Below, one piece after another: positions 25,239-36,198 of a stretch of DNA of 64,000 nucleotides. Numbering within the stretch: position 1 is the stretch's first letter; each line of letters begins with the position of its first letter. The translations under genes were made by a program, and so were the position numbers. Under the pieces are notes generated by a model. It saw only the letters and a list, made by a program, of their open reading frames with translations. It did no database searches and was not told where the DNA came from. This DNA comes from Vicinamibacteria bacterium (GTDB lineage Bacteria > Acidobacteriota > Vicinamibacteria > Marinacidobacterales > Marinacidobacteraceae): the NCBI GenBank assembly GCA_963422395.1, contig OY729431.1, positions 44,449-108,448 of the forward strand, read 5' to 3'.

Positions 25239-27559
25239 TCCGCGAGTGCCGGATACAGGCGGCGGTAGAGCATCTCGTTGCGCAGCACGAGCTTCACATA
25301 GTTGCGGGTCTCGGTGAACGGGATCTCCTCGATGAACCGTTCCGCGGAGACCTCCGGATCCGCTTTCGTCCAGGCGCGGACCCGGTGCGGGCCGGCGTTG
25401 TATCCGGCCAGCGCCCGCTCGGGGCGATCCTCGAATTCGTCGAGGAGTTGCCGCAGGTACCGGGTCCCGAAACGGATGTTCACCACCGGGTCGTAGAGGC
25501 GGGAAAGCCGGTAGGTCAGCCCTTCGAGCCGGGCGAGCGCCCTGCCGGTGGCGGGCATGATCTGCATGAGCCCGCGGGCGCCGACCGGAGACCGGGTACG
25601 GGGCGCAAAGGCAGATTCCTGACGGATCAGACCAGCCACCTGGAAAGGATCGAGGTTCCAGTGCGCTGCCTGGGCCTTGAGACGGTCCCGGTAGCGCAAC
25701 GGGTACAGGAGACGCCACCAGACGGCGGGGAGCGCCTCCCCCGCCGCCGAGGTGTGGAAGGGAGCGGCCCGCCGCAGCGCCTGGATGGCCGGGACCTGCC
25801 GGTCCATTTCCGCGAGCAGCCATCCCGCGATCGCCTGGAACGCCGCATCGTCGGGCCGCCCGGCGCGGGCTGCCGCGCGCGCCGCGGCGAGGGCGCGGTC
25901 GGGGAATCCGGCCGCATGGAGCTGGGTGATGCGATCCGCCTCTCCAGTCCGCCGGATGCGGAATCGCTCGAGCAGCAGTTCCGGTTCGGCGAGCGGGCTC
26001 TTCCGCGCCTCCGGGCCGGCGATCTGCTGCAGGCGTTCGGCGGCGCGGCGCCCGTAGAACGAATTCTGGTAGCCGAGGAAAACCTCGCGGTAGAGCTGCA
26101 CGGCGGCAGCCGAATCTTCTGTCCGTTCCCGGGATCGAGCGCTGAAGTAGAGGAACTGGCCGGCCATGAAGTCGCCCGGGTGCTCGCGGGCGGCTCGTTC
26201 GAACGCCGCTGCCGTCCCTTCGAACTCCCCGCTGCGGTAGCGGTCCCAGAGCACATGCCAGCGGGCGAAGAGCGACCGCGGTTCCTTCGGGTGTCGTTCG
26301 GCCAGCCGCTGCAGGTAGGGAAGGGCCGCCTCCCGATCGTTCTGCGCCAGCCGGCCGCGGGCGAGGCTATAGAGCGCCCGGGCGCCGAAATCGTGCTCCT
26401 GTTCGAGGGCGAGCAACTCCTCGAGAACCCGGCTCTGGGTCGTCAGCCGCCCGAGCCGGCGCAGCGATTCGCCACGGTAGTAGAGCGCTGCGGGCCGGAG
26501 GTCCGCCCGCTGGACCCGGCGCAGCGTGCGAAGCGAGGCGCTGAGGCGCCCCCGATGGAATTCCTCGATTCCGATGCGGAGCCGCACCCGTTCCGGGTCT
26601 CCCGCCGACGCGAACCGGCGGGCGACTTCAAGGTAGTTCTGATGCGCCTTCGGGTGGTTCCCCGCCCGGGCGAAGCCTTCCGCCCGGCGCATCGCCCGGG
26701 GATAACGCTCTGCCGGGGAGGGCGCGACGACTCCCGGCCGGCGGTAGAGCCGGGACAGCGAACGCCCTGCGGCCAACGACTCGCCGTGGGTAGGAAGGTC
26801 GTAATACAAGCGCTCGAGCCGCCGCGCCGCTTCCTCCAGGCGTCCGAGACGCTCCAGCACCCGAGCGGATTCGGCGAGCGCACCGCCTTCGAGTTGGAGC
26901 GGAGCCGATCCCGCGGCAGCGTTCCCAGCCGCGGCACTTCTCGCCGCGGTGCTGACCGCTTCGAAGCGGGCCAGAGCGGCTTCGCGGTCTCCGCGGCGGT
27001 TCAGACGGCGTCCGAGCTCGAGCGCCGCCGGCAGCACCCCCGCATGGTCCGGAAACCCGGCGAGCAACCGCTCGAGCGCGGCGATCGCTTCCCGGTCCCG
27101 CGCCCGGGGGAGCCTCTCGCCGAGGAGGTGCAACGCATCGGCAGCGAGCACGCCGGCTTCGACCTCGGGAGCCGTGAGCCGGGCGATAGCGTCCGACCAG
27201 CGCTGCTGCTGCAGCGCTTCGAAGCCGAGTCGGAACGACGCCGCGCTCTGGCTCCGGCTTTCGCTAGCGGGATCCTCGACGATCGCTTCGAGAGCGGCGC
27301 GCTGCGCCGCAGCAGATTCGATCATGCGGGCGCGATGGACCGCGGCGAGGTCGGGCGGCCGGGCTTCGAGCGCGGACCAGGGCAGGGGCGGCGGCTCGCC
27401 CGGGGGGCGGTTTCCTGCCCCGGATTCCGCTTGCCCGAGTCCCCCTCGTCCGCCGCTTCCGGTGAGAGGAACCGCAACCGCCGCTACGCAGAGCCCCGCC
27501 ATCACGGGGCGGTGGAGACGACCGGCCGGCTGCCGCCGACCGGAGAGAATCCGTGTCAT
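25235..27559 (-). CDS. soluble lytic murein transglycosylase (Slt family) with superhelical repeat domain
   Basis: The C-terminal SLT domain reads GLIRQESAFAPRTRSPVGARGLMQIMPATG...AGYNAGPHRV. An N-terminal TM/signal and a long TPR-like region are present. Confidence 0.75.
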   Translation of the reverse strand: MTRILSGRRQPAGRLHRPVMAGLCVAAVAVPLTGSGGRGGLGQAESGAGNRPPGEPPPLPWSALEARPPDLAAVHRARMIESAAAQRAALEAIVEDPASESRSQSAASFRLGFEALQQQRWSDAIARLTAPEVEAGVLAADALHLLGERLPRARDREAIAALERLLAGFPDHAGVLPAALELGRRLNRRGDREAALARFEAVSTAARSAAAGNAAAGSAPLQLEGGALAESARVLERLGRLEEAARRLERLYYDLPTHGESLAAGRSLSRLYRRPGVVAPSPAERYPRAMRRAEGFARAGNHPKAHQNYLEVARRFASAGDPERVRLRIGIEEFHRGRLSASLRTLRRVQRADLRPAALYYRGESLRRLGRLTTQSRVLEELLALEQEHDFGARALYSLARGRLAQNDREAALPYLQRLAERHPKEPRSLFARWHVLWDRYRSGEFEGTAAAFERAAREHPGDFMAGQFLYFSARSRERTEDSAAAVQLYREVFLGYQNSFYGRRAAERLQQIAGPEARKSPLAEPELLLERFRIRRTGEADRITQLHAAGFPDRALAAARAAARAGRPDDAAFQAIAGWLLAEMDRQVPAIQALRRAAPFHTSAAGEALPAVWWRLLYPLRYRDRLKAQAAHWNLDPFQVAGLIRQESAFAPRTRSPVGARGLMQIMPATGRALARLEGLTYRLSRLYDPVVNIRFGTRYLRQLLDEFEDRPERALAGYNAGPHRVRAWTKADPEVSAERFIEEIPFTETRNYVKLVLRNEMLYRRLYPALAE

Positions 27560-27647
27560 GTGGTACCATGCTACCTACTCCGGTGTGCGCGTAGCGAAGG
27601 GTTGTTTCCCTCGCTCGCGGAAGCGCCGGATGTTTCACGATAGAGGA

Positions 27648-28029
27648 GGGGGCGCACTGGGTTCGACGAAGGTACATGAGGCTGCGACTGCATGTCGGGG
27701 GTCCACCTCTCGTAAACGGTGGAAACAAAACACACACGCCAACACTGAACTGGCTCTGGCTGCTTAAGCCACGTCCTTCCTGACCTCGCCTGCCGGGCGG
27801 GAAAGGGCGTCGACTAGGTGGGCTTTGCCGGCGGTTCTCCCGGATCGTCGGTGAGCCTCAGGGATAGTTTCCGCAGCGCGACTCGCCGGGTCGATGCGGT
27901 GCGGAAGCGAACCGGGAAGGGCACCCTCGGGTGCGGATTCCCGAAACGACCTGGATATGCATGTAGAAGTCGCCGCGGAAGGCTTTCGGACGCGGGTTCG
28001 ATTCCCGCCGCCTCCACCATATTTTCCGC
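27648..28029 (+). ncRNA. ssrA: tmRNA (ssrA), tag peptide ANTELALAA
   Basis: The 5' GGGGGCGCACTGGGTTCGACG pairs with the 3' ...GGACGCGGGTTCGATTCCCGCCGCCTCCACCA, giving a T-arm and an acceptor stem with a G-U at position 3. The internal reading frame GCC AAC ACT GAA CTG GCT CTG GCT GCT TAA encodes the tag. Confidence 0.8.
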
Positions 28030-28075
28030 TGCGGGCGTTGTCCGCGCCCTCCTGATTTTTACGAGAGCTCTTCGA
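28030..28075 (+). terminator. possible intrinsic terminator after ssrA
   Basis: Short GC stem GGGCG...CGCCC followed by TCCTGATTTTT. The stem is weak. Confidence 0.3.
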
Positions 28076-28136
28076 TGGAATTCTCAACCTGCCCTATAGT
28101 CCTAGTCCGCCCGCTCGCGCGGGGGGGAGCTCATCG

Positions 28137-29465
28137 ATGCTGATACGGATTCGGCAGACCGGGCTGGCGGTGATCGCGGCGGCGGTGCTCCCGGCTGAAC
28201 CCGCCTTCGCTCAGGAGTCGATAGGGGCGAGCGCCGCCGGCCTGGACACGATGTTCGTCCTGGTGTCGGCTTTCCTGGTGTTCCTGATGCAAGCAGGGTT
28301 CGGGATGCTCGAAGCGGGGTTCATCCGGGCGAAGAACGCCTCGAACATCCTCACGAAGAACTTCCTCGACTATTGCCTCGCATCCCTCGGCTTCTTCATC
28401 TTCGGATACGCCATCATGTTCTCGGAAGGGAATTCGCTGTTCGGAACCAGCGGCTTCCTGATGGTGGGGGCCGAATCTCCCGTCGATGTTCCGCTCTGGG
28501 CGTTCTGGCTGTTCCAGGCGGCCTTTTGCAGCGCGGCGGCGACGATCGTGGCCGGCGGCATGGCGGAGAGGATGAAGTTCAACGCGTATCTCGCGTATTC
28601 GTTCATCATCTCTTCCTTCGTGTACCCGGTGGTGGGGCACTGGACCTGGGGCGGCGGCTGGCTCTCCCAGATCGGCTTCTTCGACTTCGCCGGCTCCACC
28701 GTGGTCCATCTGACCGGCGGCGCCACAGCGCTGGTGGGGGCGTGGCTCCTGGGCCCGCGCCTCGGCCGTTTCAACGCTGACGGCACGGCGAACTTCATCG
28801 CCGGCCACTCGGTGCCCCTGGCCTCGCTGGGCGTGTTCATCCTCTGGTTCGGCTGGTTCGGGTTCAACGTCGGGTCGAACCTGACGGTGGGTTCCGGCGA
28901 GACGATCTCGCTGATCGCCATCAACACGAATCTGGCAGCGGCCTCCGGTGCGGTAACCACCACTTTCCTGGCGTGGATCGTCCACGGCAAGCCGGACCTG
29001 TTCTTCACGATGAACGGCGCCCTGGCCGGATTGGTCTCGATCACCGCCCCTTGCGCCGCGGTGAGTCCTTCAGCCTCCATCTGGATCGGTGCGATCGGCG
29101 GTTTCGTCGTCCTCTTCGCAGTTTCGATACTGACCAAATTGCGCATCGACGACCCCTGCGGTGCATTTCCGGTTCACGGAGCGTGCGGACTCTGGGGTAC
29201 CCTTTGCGTCGGACTCTGGGGTCGCGAGTCGTTCGGGGTGGCGAATAACGGTCTCTTCTACGGTGGCGGATTCGAGCAGTTGGGAATCCAGGCGCTCGGC
29301 GGTCTCTCCACCGCCGTCTTCATCGCGGTTTCGATGGGAGCTGTGTTTCTGGCGATCAAATCTCTCTTCGGCCTCCGGGTCTCCCGGATCGAAGAGATTC
29401 GCGGTCTCGACGAAAACGAACACGGCATGGAGTCCTACACCGGGTTCCAGATCCTGGGTTCCTGA
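28137..29465 (+). CDS. amtB: ammonium transporter
   Basis: Signal peptide plus 11 TM segments. Amt signature regions DFAGSTVVHLTGG and GLWGTLCVGLW are present. Confidence 0.85.
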   Translation: MLIRIRQTGLAVIAAAVLPAEPAFAQESIGASAAGLDTMFVLVSAFLVFLMQAGFGMLEAGFIRAKNASNILTKNFLDYCLASLGFFIFGYAIMFSEGNSLFGTSGFLMVGAESPVDVPLWAFWLFQAAFCSAAATIVAGGMAERMKFNAYLAYSFIISSFVYPVVGHWTWGGGWLSQIGFFDFAGSTVVHLTGGATALVGAWLLGPRLGRFNADGTANFIAGHSVPLASLGVFILWFGWFGFNVGSNLTVGSGETISLIAINTNLAAASGAVTTTFLAWIVHGKPDLFFTMNGALAGLVSITAPCAAVSPSASIWIGAIGGFVVLFAVSILTKLRIDDPCGAFPVHGACGLWGTLCVGLWGRESFGVANNGLFYGGGFEQLGIQALGGLSTAVFIAVSMGAVFLAIKSLFGLRVSRIEEIRGLDENEHGMESYTGFQILGS

Positions 29466-29517
29466 GGAAATCTCCTTCGAGAGCATCCGCGACCACCCAG
29501 ACTATGAGCACGACACC

Positions 29518-29859
29518 ATGAAAATGATCACCGCGATGATCCAGCCCGAAGTCCTTCCCATGGTGGAAGAAGAGCTCTTTTCCGCCCAGATCAAGAGGTT
29601 CTCGGTGACCGCTGCCGTCGGCCACGGGACGCGGAAGGGCTATACCGCGACTTTCGGCGGCGTGCAGATGCAGGTGGATGTGCTGAAGCACGCCCGGGTC
29701 GATGTCGCGGTGAACGAGGACTATGTGGATCGGGCGGTGGCCGCGATCCTTCGAGGCGCCCGGGTCAGCGGTGAGGGCGAGGGGAAGATCTTCATCACCG
29801 ACCTCCACGACTGCATCCGCATCCGCACCGGCCAGCGCGGCGCACAGGCAGTCGGCTGA
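29518..29859 (+). CDS. glnK: nitrogen regulatory protein P-II
   Basis: MKMITAMIQPEVLP...GHGTRKGYTA...GDGKIFITDLHDCIRIRTGQRG is the P-II T-loop/C-loop pattern. It lies adjacent to amtB and glnA. Confidence 0.85.
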   Translation: MKMITAMIQPEVLPMVEEELFSAQIKRFSVTAAVGHGTRKGYTATFGGVQMQVDVLKHARVDVAVNEDYVDRAVAAILRGARVSGEGEGKIFITDLHDCIRIRTGQRGAQAVG

Positions 29860-29870
29860 AGGCATTCCGG

Positions 29871-31286
<1,416 letters not shown>

Positions 31287-31373
31287 CAGCACGGCCGGGG
31301 CGTAAGTCGGGAGAGTTGGTACGATGAAAATCTCGTCGCCGATCCAGGAGACGCCTTTCAGGGAGACGATCTG

Positions 31374-32627
31374 ATGACTCCAGGAACTATCGGGATCGCC
31401 ATGGCCTTGGGAATGGCCGGGGTCCTCGCGCTCCTCGCCTTCATCAAGACCCATGTCGTGGTCTGCGCACCGAACGAAGCGGTGATCTTTTCCGGTCGGA
31501 AGAAAGGGTTCCGCGTCATTCGCGGCGGCCGCGGGTTCCGCCGGCCCCTCATCGAAACCGTCTCCCGAATCTCTCTGAACACGATTCCCATCGATGTGAA
31601 AGTCCAGAAGGCGCTCTCCGCCGGCATGATCTCGCTCGATGTCGAGGGCATCGCCACCGTCAAGATCTCGGGGAAGACCGGCAGCGGCCTCGAAAATGCG
31701 GTGGAGCGTTTCTTGGGGAAGAGCTCTCACGAGATCCAGACCGTCGCTCGGCAGACCCTGGAGGGAAGCCTGCGCGGCGTCCTCGCCACCCGGACCCCGG
31801 AAGACGCGAACGCCGGCCGCTTGGCGGTCTCCGAGGAGACTTCCGAGGCCGTCCGTGCCGACTTCGACCGCCTCGGGCTCGTGCTCGATACCTTCAAGAT
31901 CCAGAACCTGTCCGACAGCGAGGGATACCTCGACGCCATCGGCCGCAAGCGGAGCGCCCTGGTGCAGCGGGACGCGAAGGTCGCCGAGGCGCGCGCCGAA
32001 TCCGAGGCGCGGGATGTGGCGGCGACCTCCAAGCGAGACGCCGTAGTCGCCGAAACCAGTGCGGAAGGGGCGATCGTGGACGCCGAACACGGCGTGCGGA
32101 TCCGCCGCGCCGAACGGTCCGCCGAAGCGAATCGTGCCGAGGAAATCGCCGAGATCGCAAGGGCCATCGCGCGCGCCGAGGAGGGGCGCCGTCTGGAGGA
32201 GATTCGTGGGGAGCGCAACAAATTGCGCGAGCTCGCGAACACCATCGTCCCCGCCGAAGCGGCCAGCAAGGCCAAGGCGCTCGCCGCCGAAGGCGATGCC
32301 GCCCGCATCCGGGAAAACGGCAAGGCGACCGCCGACGCCTTGGGTCGGATCAAGCAGCAGTGGACCGACGAAGAGACCCGGGAGATCATGCTGCTGCAGA
32401 TGCTCCCGCAGATCCTCGACAAGGTCACCCGGGTTCTGCAAGAAAACCTCCATGTCGAGCGCCTCACGGTGGTGGACACCGGAGACGGCGAGGGGCTGGG
32501 GAACCATGTGCGCGGTCTGACCGGCTCCATCGCCGCCTTCCTCGAAGAGCTGAAGACCTCGACCGGAGTCGATGTCCCCGCGCTGCTCTCGGGCGACCGG
32601 AAGAACAACCTGAAAACATCCGCCTGA
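31374..32627 (+). CDS. SPFH/band-7 (flotillin-like, YqiK family) membrane protein
   Basis: N-terminal TM helix, then an SPFH domain (AVIFSGRKKGFRVIRGG...ISLDVEGIATVKI) and a long Ala/Glu/Arg coiled-coil region. Confidence 0.75.
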   Translation: MTPGTIGIAMALGMAGVLALLAFIKTHVVVCAPNEAVIFSGRKKGFRVIRGGRGFRRPLIETVSRISLNTIPIDVKVQKALSAGMISLDVEGIATVKISGKTGSGLENAVERFLGKSSHEIQTVARQTLEGSLRGVLATRTPEDANAGRLAVSEETSEAVRADFDRLGLVLDTFKIQNLSDSEGYLDAIGRKRSALVQRDAKVAEARAESEARDVAATSKRDAVVAETSAEGAIVDAEHGVRIRRAERSAEANRAEEIAEIARAIARAEEGRRLEEIRGERNKLRELANTIVPAEAASKAKALAAEGDAARIRENGKATADALGRIKQQWTDEETREIMLLQMLPQILDKVTRVLQENLHVERLTVVDTGDGEGLGNHVRGLTGSIAAFLEELKTSTGVDVPALLSGDRKNNLKTSA

Positions 32628-32651
32628 AGCTCTGCGCCGCGAGGCGCGCCT

Positions 32652-33083
32652 TCAAGCGGCCGACGGTTTCGCGGCGGGCCGGTCCCGGGCGGATTCCAAA
32701 ATGGATTCAAGGTCTTCGGGCTTCGTACAGACCGCCGAGGCCCACCTTCCGAACCCCCGGTCCTGGTTGACGGCTTTCACCCATTCCCGGAGAGCGTCGT
32801 TCTTCTCTTTCGCCGCCTCGGTGACTCGGCCCTTGATCTCGAGGATCAGCGTGAGGCCGGTCTGGAACCGAACCAGGAAGTCGGGCCGGTACTTCCGCAC
32901 GACACCGCGCCAGACATAGAAGATCTCGAACCCGAGATGGTCGTTCTTGACCCAGGCATCCACTCCCGAATGGGCATCGAGTGCTCGGGCCGCCTGCTCT
33001 TCCCAGCTGCTGTCGCAGACTGCAACAGCGATGTGGCTCTTCCGGGTCGGTCGGCAAGGGCGCAGGGTCTCCCAGACTCTCAT
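32652..33083 (-). CDS. PD-(D/E)xK nuclease-domain protein (resembles the C-terminal endonuclease region of type III restriction Res subunits); possibly a remnant
   Basis: SHIAVAVCDSSWEEQAARALDAHSGVDAWVKNDHLGFEIFYVWRGVVRKYRPDFLVRFQTGLTLILEIKG contains a PD...E-I-K motif. The ORF runs to 33341; the start is chosen at ATG 33083. Confidence 0.4.
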   Translation of the reverse strand: MRVWETLRPCRPTRKSHIAVAVCDSSWEEQAARALDAHSGVDAWVKNDHLGFEIFYVWRGVVRKYRPDFLVRFQTGLTLILEIKGRVTEAAKEKNDALREWVKAVNQDRGFGRWASAVCTKPEDLESILESARDRPAAKPSAA

Positions 33084-33371
33084 GTCGGAAGTGGAGGAGA
33101 TCGGGCGTTCGGAATCGAAGATCGGGATCGATCGGGTGGAGCTGTTGCGGCGGATCGCCTTCTTCAGGTGGAGGACCACCTCCCGACCGGCGGGTTGTTG
33201 AGCCGCGCGGCGCCGGGATGCCGATAGCTGTCGATCGACGGCCGCGGTTTCTTCATCGCCGGCGCTCTGGCCGGGAGCCTTCTTCCCGCGATTCCGGCCG
33301 GCGCCCGACCGCAACCGGCAGCACTTCCACCATTTTTCCAATACCTTCTTTTTCCAACCCGCCTCGGGGGC

Positions 33372-34061
33372 TCAGCCCTCCCGGAGGAGGCGGCAGGCGC
33401 GGGTGGTGTTGAAGACCCCGCAGGAACAGAAACGGGCCATCGCCTCGGCACAGTCTTCGGGCGAGCGCCGCCCGGTGCGCACCCGGTCCAGCATCTTGCG
33501 AGCGAAGCCGAAGGACAGCATCCCGTGGCCGCACATCGTGGAGAGCGACAGGGCGGCGCGGTCGGGAAGCCGGTCGAGGTTTCCGAAGAACCCGAGGGAG
33601 TACTCGACGCTGTGCCGGACGATGCCGGCGCGGCGGGCGAGCTCGGCGGCGCGCTCGGTCAGGCCGCTCACATTGACGGAGATGCCGAGGTCGGCTTCCC
33701 GGAGATCGGCGAGGAACGCGATCAGCGGCTCTTCGGCGTCGAAGACCGCCGAGACCACCGTCGGAGCCCGGATCCCCTGCCGGACCGCCTCCCCCCGGAG
33801 GCGCTTGCGCCGCCGCCAGTGGGCGAGCGGATTCAGCCGCGAAGCACGGAAGATCCCTCCCCGGGTGGCGTCGCCGAGGTTGACGGGTCGGTGCCGGAGG
33901 GCGATTTCGGTGAACCGGCGCAGCTTCTCCACCGAGCCTTTCTCGTTGATACCGCGCGCGGCCATCGCGAAGACGATGTAGTCGTCGGCGAGCGTTTCCG
34001 GCGCACCGTAGCGATGGAGGGTGTTCGTCATGCGTCTTCGCCACTCGTTTGCGTCATGCAC
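33372..34061 (-). CDS. hypothetical protein
   Basis: Non-low-complexity 229-aa ORF with a Cys-rich C-terminus (CGHGMLSFGF...CAEAMARFCSCGVF). No family was recognised. Confidence 0.4.
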   Translation of the reverse strand: MHDANEWRRRMTNTLHRYGAPETLADDYIVFAMAARGINEKGSVEKLRRFTEIALRHRPVNLGDATRGGIFRASRLNPLAHWRRRKRLRGEAVRQGIRAPTVVSAVFDAEEPLIAFLADLREADLGISVNVSGLTERAAELARRAGIVRHSVEYSLGFFGNLDRLPDRAALSLSTMCGHGMLSFGFARKMLDRVRTGRRSPEDCAEAMARFCSCGVFNTTRACRLLREG

Positions 34062-34251
34062 CTTCCGGGGGCTGGGGCAGCTCGCGGACGGCCAGCATCT
34101 CGCCGCCGGTCACGGTGATGATAAGGACCGCGATGCGGCCGGCGTAAAGGCGCGGAATTCCGCAGCCGAGTGCCGGTCCCGGTATCCCCGCGGGAGGCAC
34201 CGAGGGGACGCGGACCGCCAACGGGACGAAAAGGAACGATAGAGTGGGGGA

Positions 34252-34695
34252 GTGACCCCGGAACTCATCGCTATCCTCGCGGTAGGGGTCGGGCTCGCGG
34301 GCCTGCTCATCAGCGGCCAGCGCTCGGCCGCAGGAGACCGCCAGGCCATCCGAGAGGAGCTTCGCTCCGGTTTCCAGGCCGCCGCAGGAGACCGCCAGGC
34401 CATCCGAGAGGAGCTTCGCTCCGGTTTCCAGGCCGCCGCAGGAGACCGCCAGGCCATCCGAGAGGAGCTTCGCTCCGATTTCCAGGCCGCCGCAGGAGAC
34501 CGCCAGGCCATCCGAGAGGAGCTTCGCTCCGGTTTCCAGGCCGCCGCCGAAGACCGCCAGGCCATCCGGCAGGAACTCGCCGCGATTCAGGCCGATCTCC
34601 ACACTCTGGGGGAACGCATCGCCCGGCTCGAAGGGGCTTTCCCGTTCCTCGCCGCCCGGTCGGCTCCGCCGGACAGTCAGCAGCGCCCCACCTGA
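34252..34695 (+). CDS. small membrane-anchored coiled-coil protein built from 18-aa tandem repeats (AAGDRQAIREELRSGFQA)
   Basis: GTG start after GGGGGA. An N-terminal TM helix (LIAILAVGVGLAGLLI) is followed by 5 tandem 18-aa units. Confidence 0.45.
   Translation: MTPELIAILAVGVGLAGLLISGQRSAAGDRQAIREELRSGFQAAAGDRQAIREELRSGFQAAAGDRQAIREELRSDFQAAAGDRQAIREELRSGFQAAAEDRQAIRQELAAIQADLHTLGERIARLEGAFPFLAARSAPPDSQQRPT
34327..34596 (+). repeat. 54-bp tandem repeat x5 (4 near-perfect plus 1 degenerate) inside the 34252..34695 CDS
   Basis: Unit GCCGCAGGAGACCGCCAGGCCATCCGAGAGGAGCTTCGCTCCGGTTTCCAGGCC repeats head-to-tail at 34327, 34381, 34435 and 34489, with a diverged copy at 34543. Confidence 0.85.
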
Positions 34696-35001
34696 TCGGA
34701 CCCCATACCGGCGAACCGCACCAGAAGCCGCCCCTTCCCGGAATCGTCCCCGGGCGGGCGCCCACCAAGCGCCGCAGCAGCGCCCGGCGGGCCCCATAGA
34801 ATCTTCCGAACGATGGGCCTCCGCAGCTGGATTTCGGTTCCTGTTCCGCCGCCGGGGGACACCGAGGGGCCGACAGATGGCCTGACGGGCGGTTGGCCGG
34901 CGCACCGCGACCCCCCGGGAGGCCGGCCCTGGAGGCTCTTCCTGAGCGCCGATGGGCGCGCCGCTGCCGGGAATGTGCCCGCGGCGGTCGCGCCGCCCGC
35001 G

Positions 35002-36198
35002 ATGGAGGACCTGCCGCTCGACCTCGAAGAGCTCGGCCCCTTGCCCGAAGACGCCGCGGTTCTAGTGCTCGAGGACTTCCATCGGGCGTTCCCCTGCCGC
35101 GCGCCGCTGCCGGGGAGGCGTGCCGGCGGGCCGCCGCCGGTCCCCGCACTCGCCACCCCCGCGTATGTGCTCGCTCGCCTGACCCGCCTCGGCGCCGGCG
35201 AGCGGGAACTGATCGCCTCCGCACGAGAAGACGAATTGGTGCTGCGGGCGTCCGACCTGCTCGCCGGACGCGGGGCCGCCTGCCAGCTCGAAGTGCGTCG
35301 GGAGCCCTCGCCGCCCGCCGCGGCGGCGGCGGTCTCGGGGCCCGGGCCGGCGGCCCTCGCGCAAGCGGCCGATGCGGCGGCCCTGCGGCGGATCGCAATC
35401 CACGCGCCCGAGGCGGCGGTGCGGGCTCGAGCGGCCGAAGCCGCGGCCGCGGCCGACGACGCGAACGCCGTCGGCCAGCTGCTCGCCGGGTGTTCGCTCG
35501 TCGAGCGAAAGCGGCCGGCGGAAGCAGCAGACGCCTTCCGCCGCGCCCTCGAACGAGACCCGGAGTTCGCCGCCGCGCATTTCGAACTCGGCAAGACGAT
35601 GATCGTGCTCGACGACCTGGAGGCGGCGCTGGCGTCCTTTCGCCGCACCAGCGAAACCCTCCCGGAGTTCGCCCCCGGCTGGGCGAATGCGGGGGCGGCG
35701 CTCGGCGAACTCGAGCGTCCCGGGGAAGCGCTCCCCGACCTGGAACAGGCCGCCGGCCTCGACCCGCTCAGCCACTCGCTGGCCTCGAACCTCGGCGTCA
35801 CCCTCCGGGACCTGGGGCGGCTCGAGGAAGCGGAGACCGCCTTCCGGCGGGCGCTGGAATTGGCGCCCGACTTCGTGTTCGGTCACTACAACCTGGCGAA
35901 CGCGGTCTATCTGCGAGGCCGCCACCGGGAAGCGGTGGAGCTCTTCGAGAAGGCGCGCTCCTTGGACCCGTCGGGGTCCGCCCGCCAGCATCTCCTGCTG
36001 GCTGCCGCTCGGCTCGCCGCCGGGGACGAGCTCGGCGCGTTTCGGGACTACCGCGCGGTCTTCGAGGGGCTCGAGGGGCAGATGCGGCTCGACATGCGGA
36101 CCGTCGCGCAGTGGGACCTGCGGCGCCTCGCCGAGCGCACCGGAATCAGCCCGGCGCTCCGCCGCACCGCTGCCTTCCTCCGCACGCTGCGGGCCTGA
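35002..36198 (+). CDS. TPR-repeat protein
   Basis: Multiple TPR-like units: AEAADAFRRALERDPEFAAAHFELG, LEEAETAFRRALELAPDFVFGHYNLANAVYLRGRHREAVELFEKARSLDP. The start is uncertain (ORF from 34813; ATG 35002). Confidence 0.5.
   Translation: MEDLPLDLEELGPLPEDAAVLVLEDFHRAFPCRAPLPGRRAGGPPPVPALATPAYVLARLTRLGAGERELIASAREDELVLRASDLLAGRGAACQLEVRREPSPPAAAAAVSGPGPAALAQAADAAALRRIAIHAPEAAVRARAAEAAAAADDANAVGQLLAGCSLVERKRPAEAADAFRRALERDPEFAAAHFELGKTMIVLDDLEAALASFRRTSETLPEFAPGWANAGAALGELERPGEALPDLEQAAGLDPLSHSLASNLGVTLRDLGRLEEAETAFRRALELAPDFVFGHYNLANAVYLRGRHREAVELFEKARSLDPSGSARQHLLLAAARLAAGDELGAFRDYRAVFEGLEGQMRLDMRTVAQWDLRRLAERTGISPALRRTAAFLRTLRA

Noticed and set aside
28030-28137. Genomic island or integrase at the tmRNA 3' end
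   Set aside because: Only ~100 nt separate ssrA from amtB. No integrase or direct repeat of the ssrA 3' end was found.
34327-34596. Possible CRISPR array
   Set aside because: The units are contiguous 54-bp direct repeats with no spacers and lie in a coding frame. No cas genes are present.
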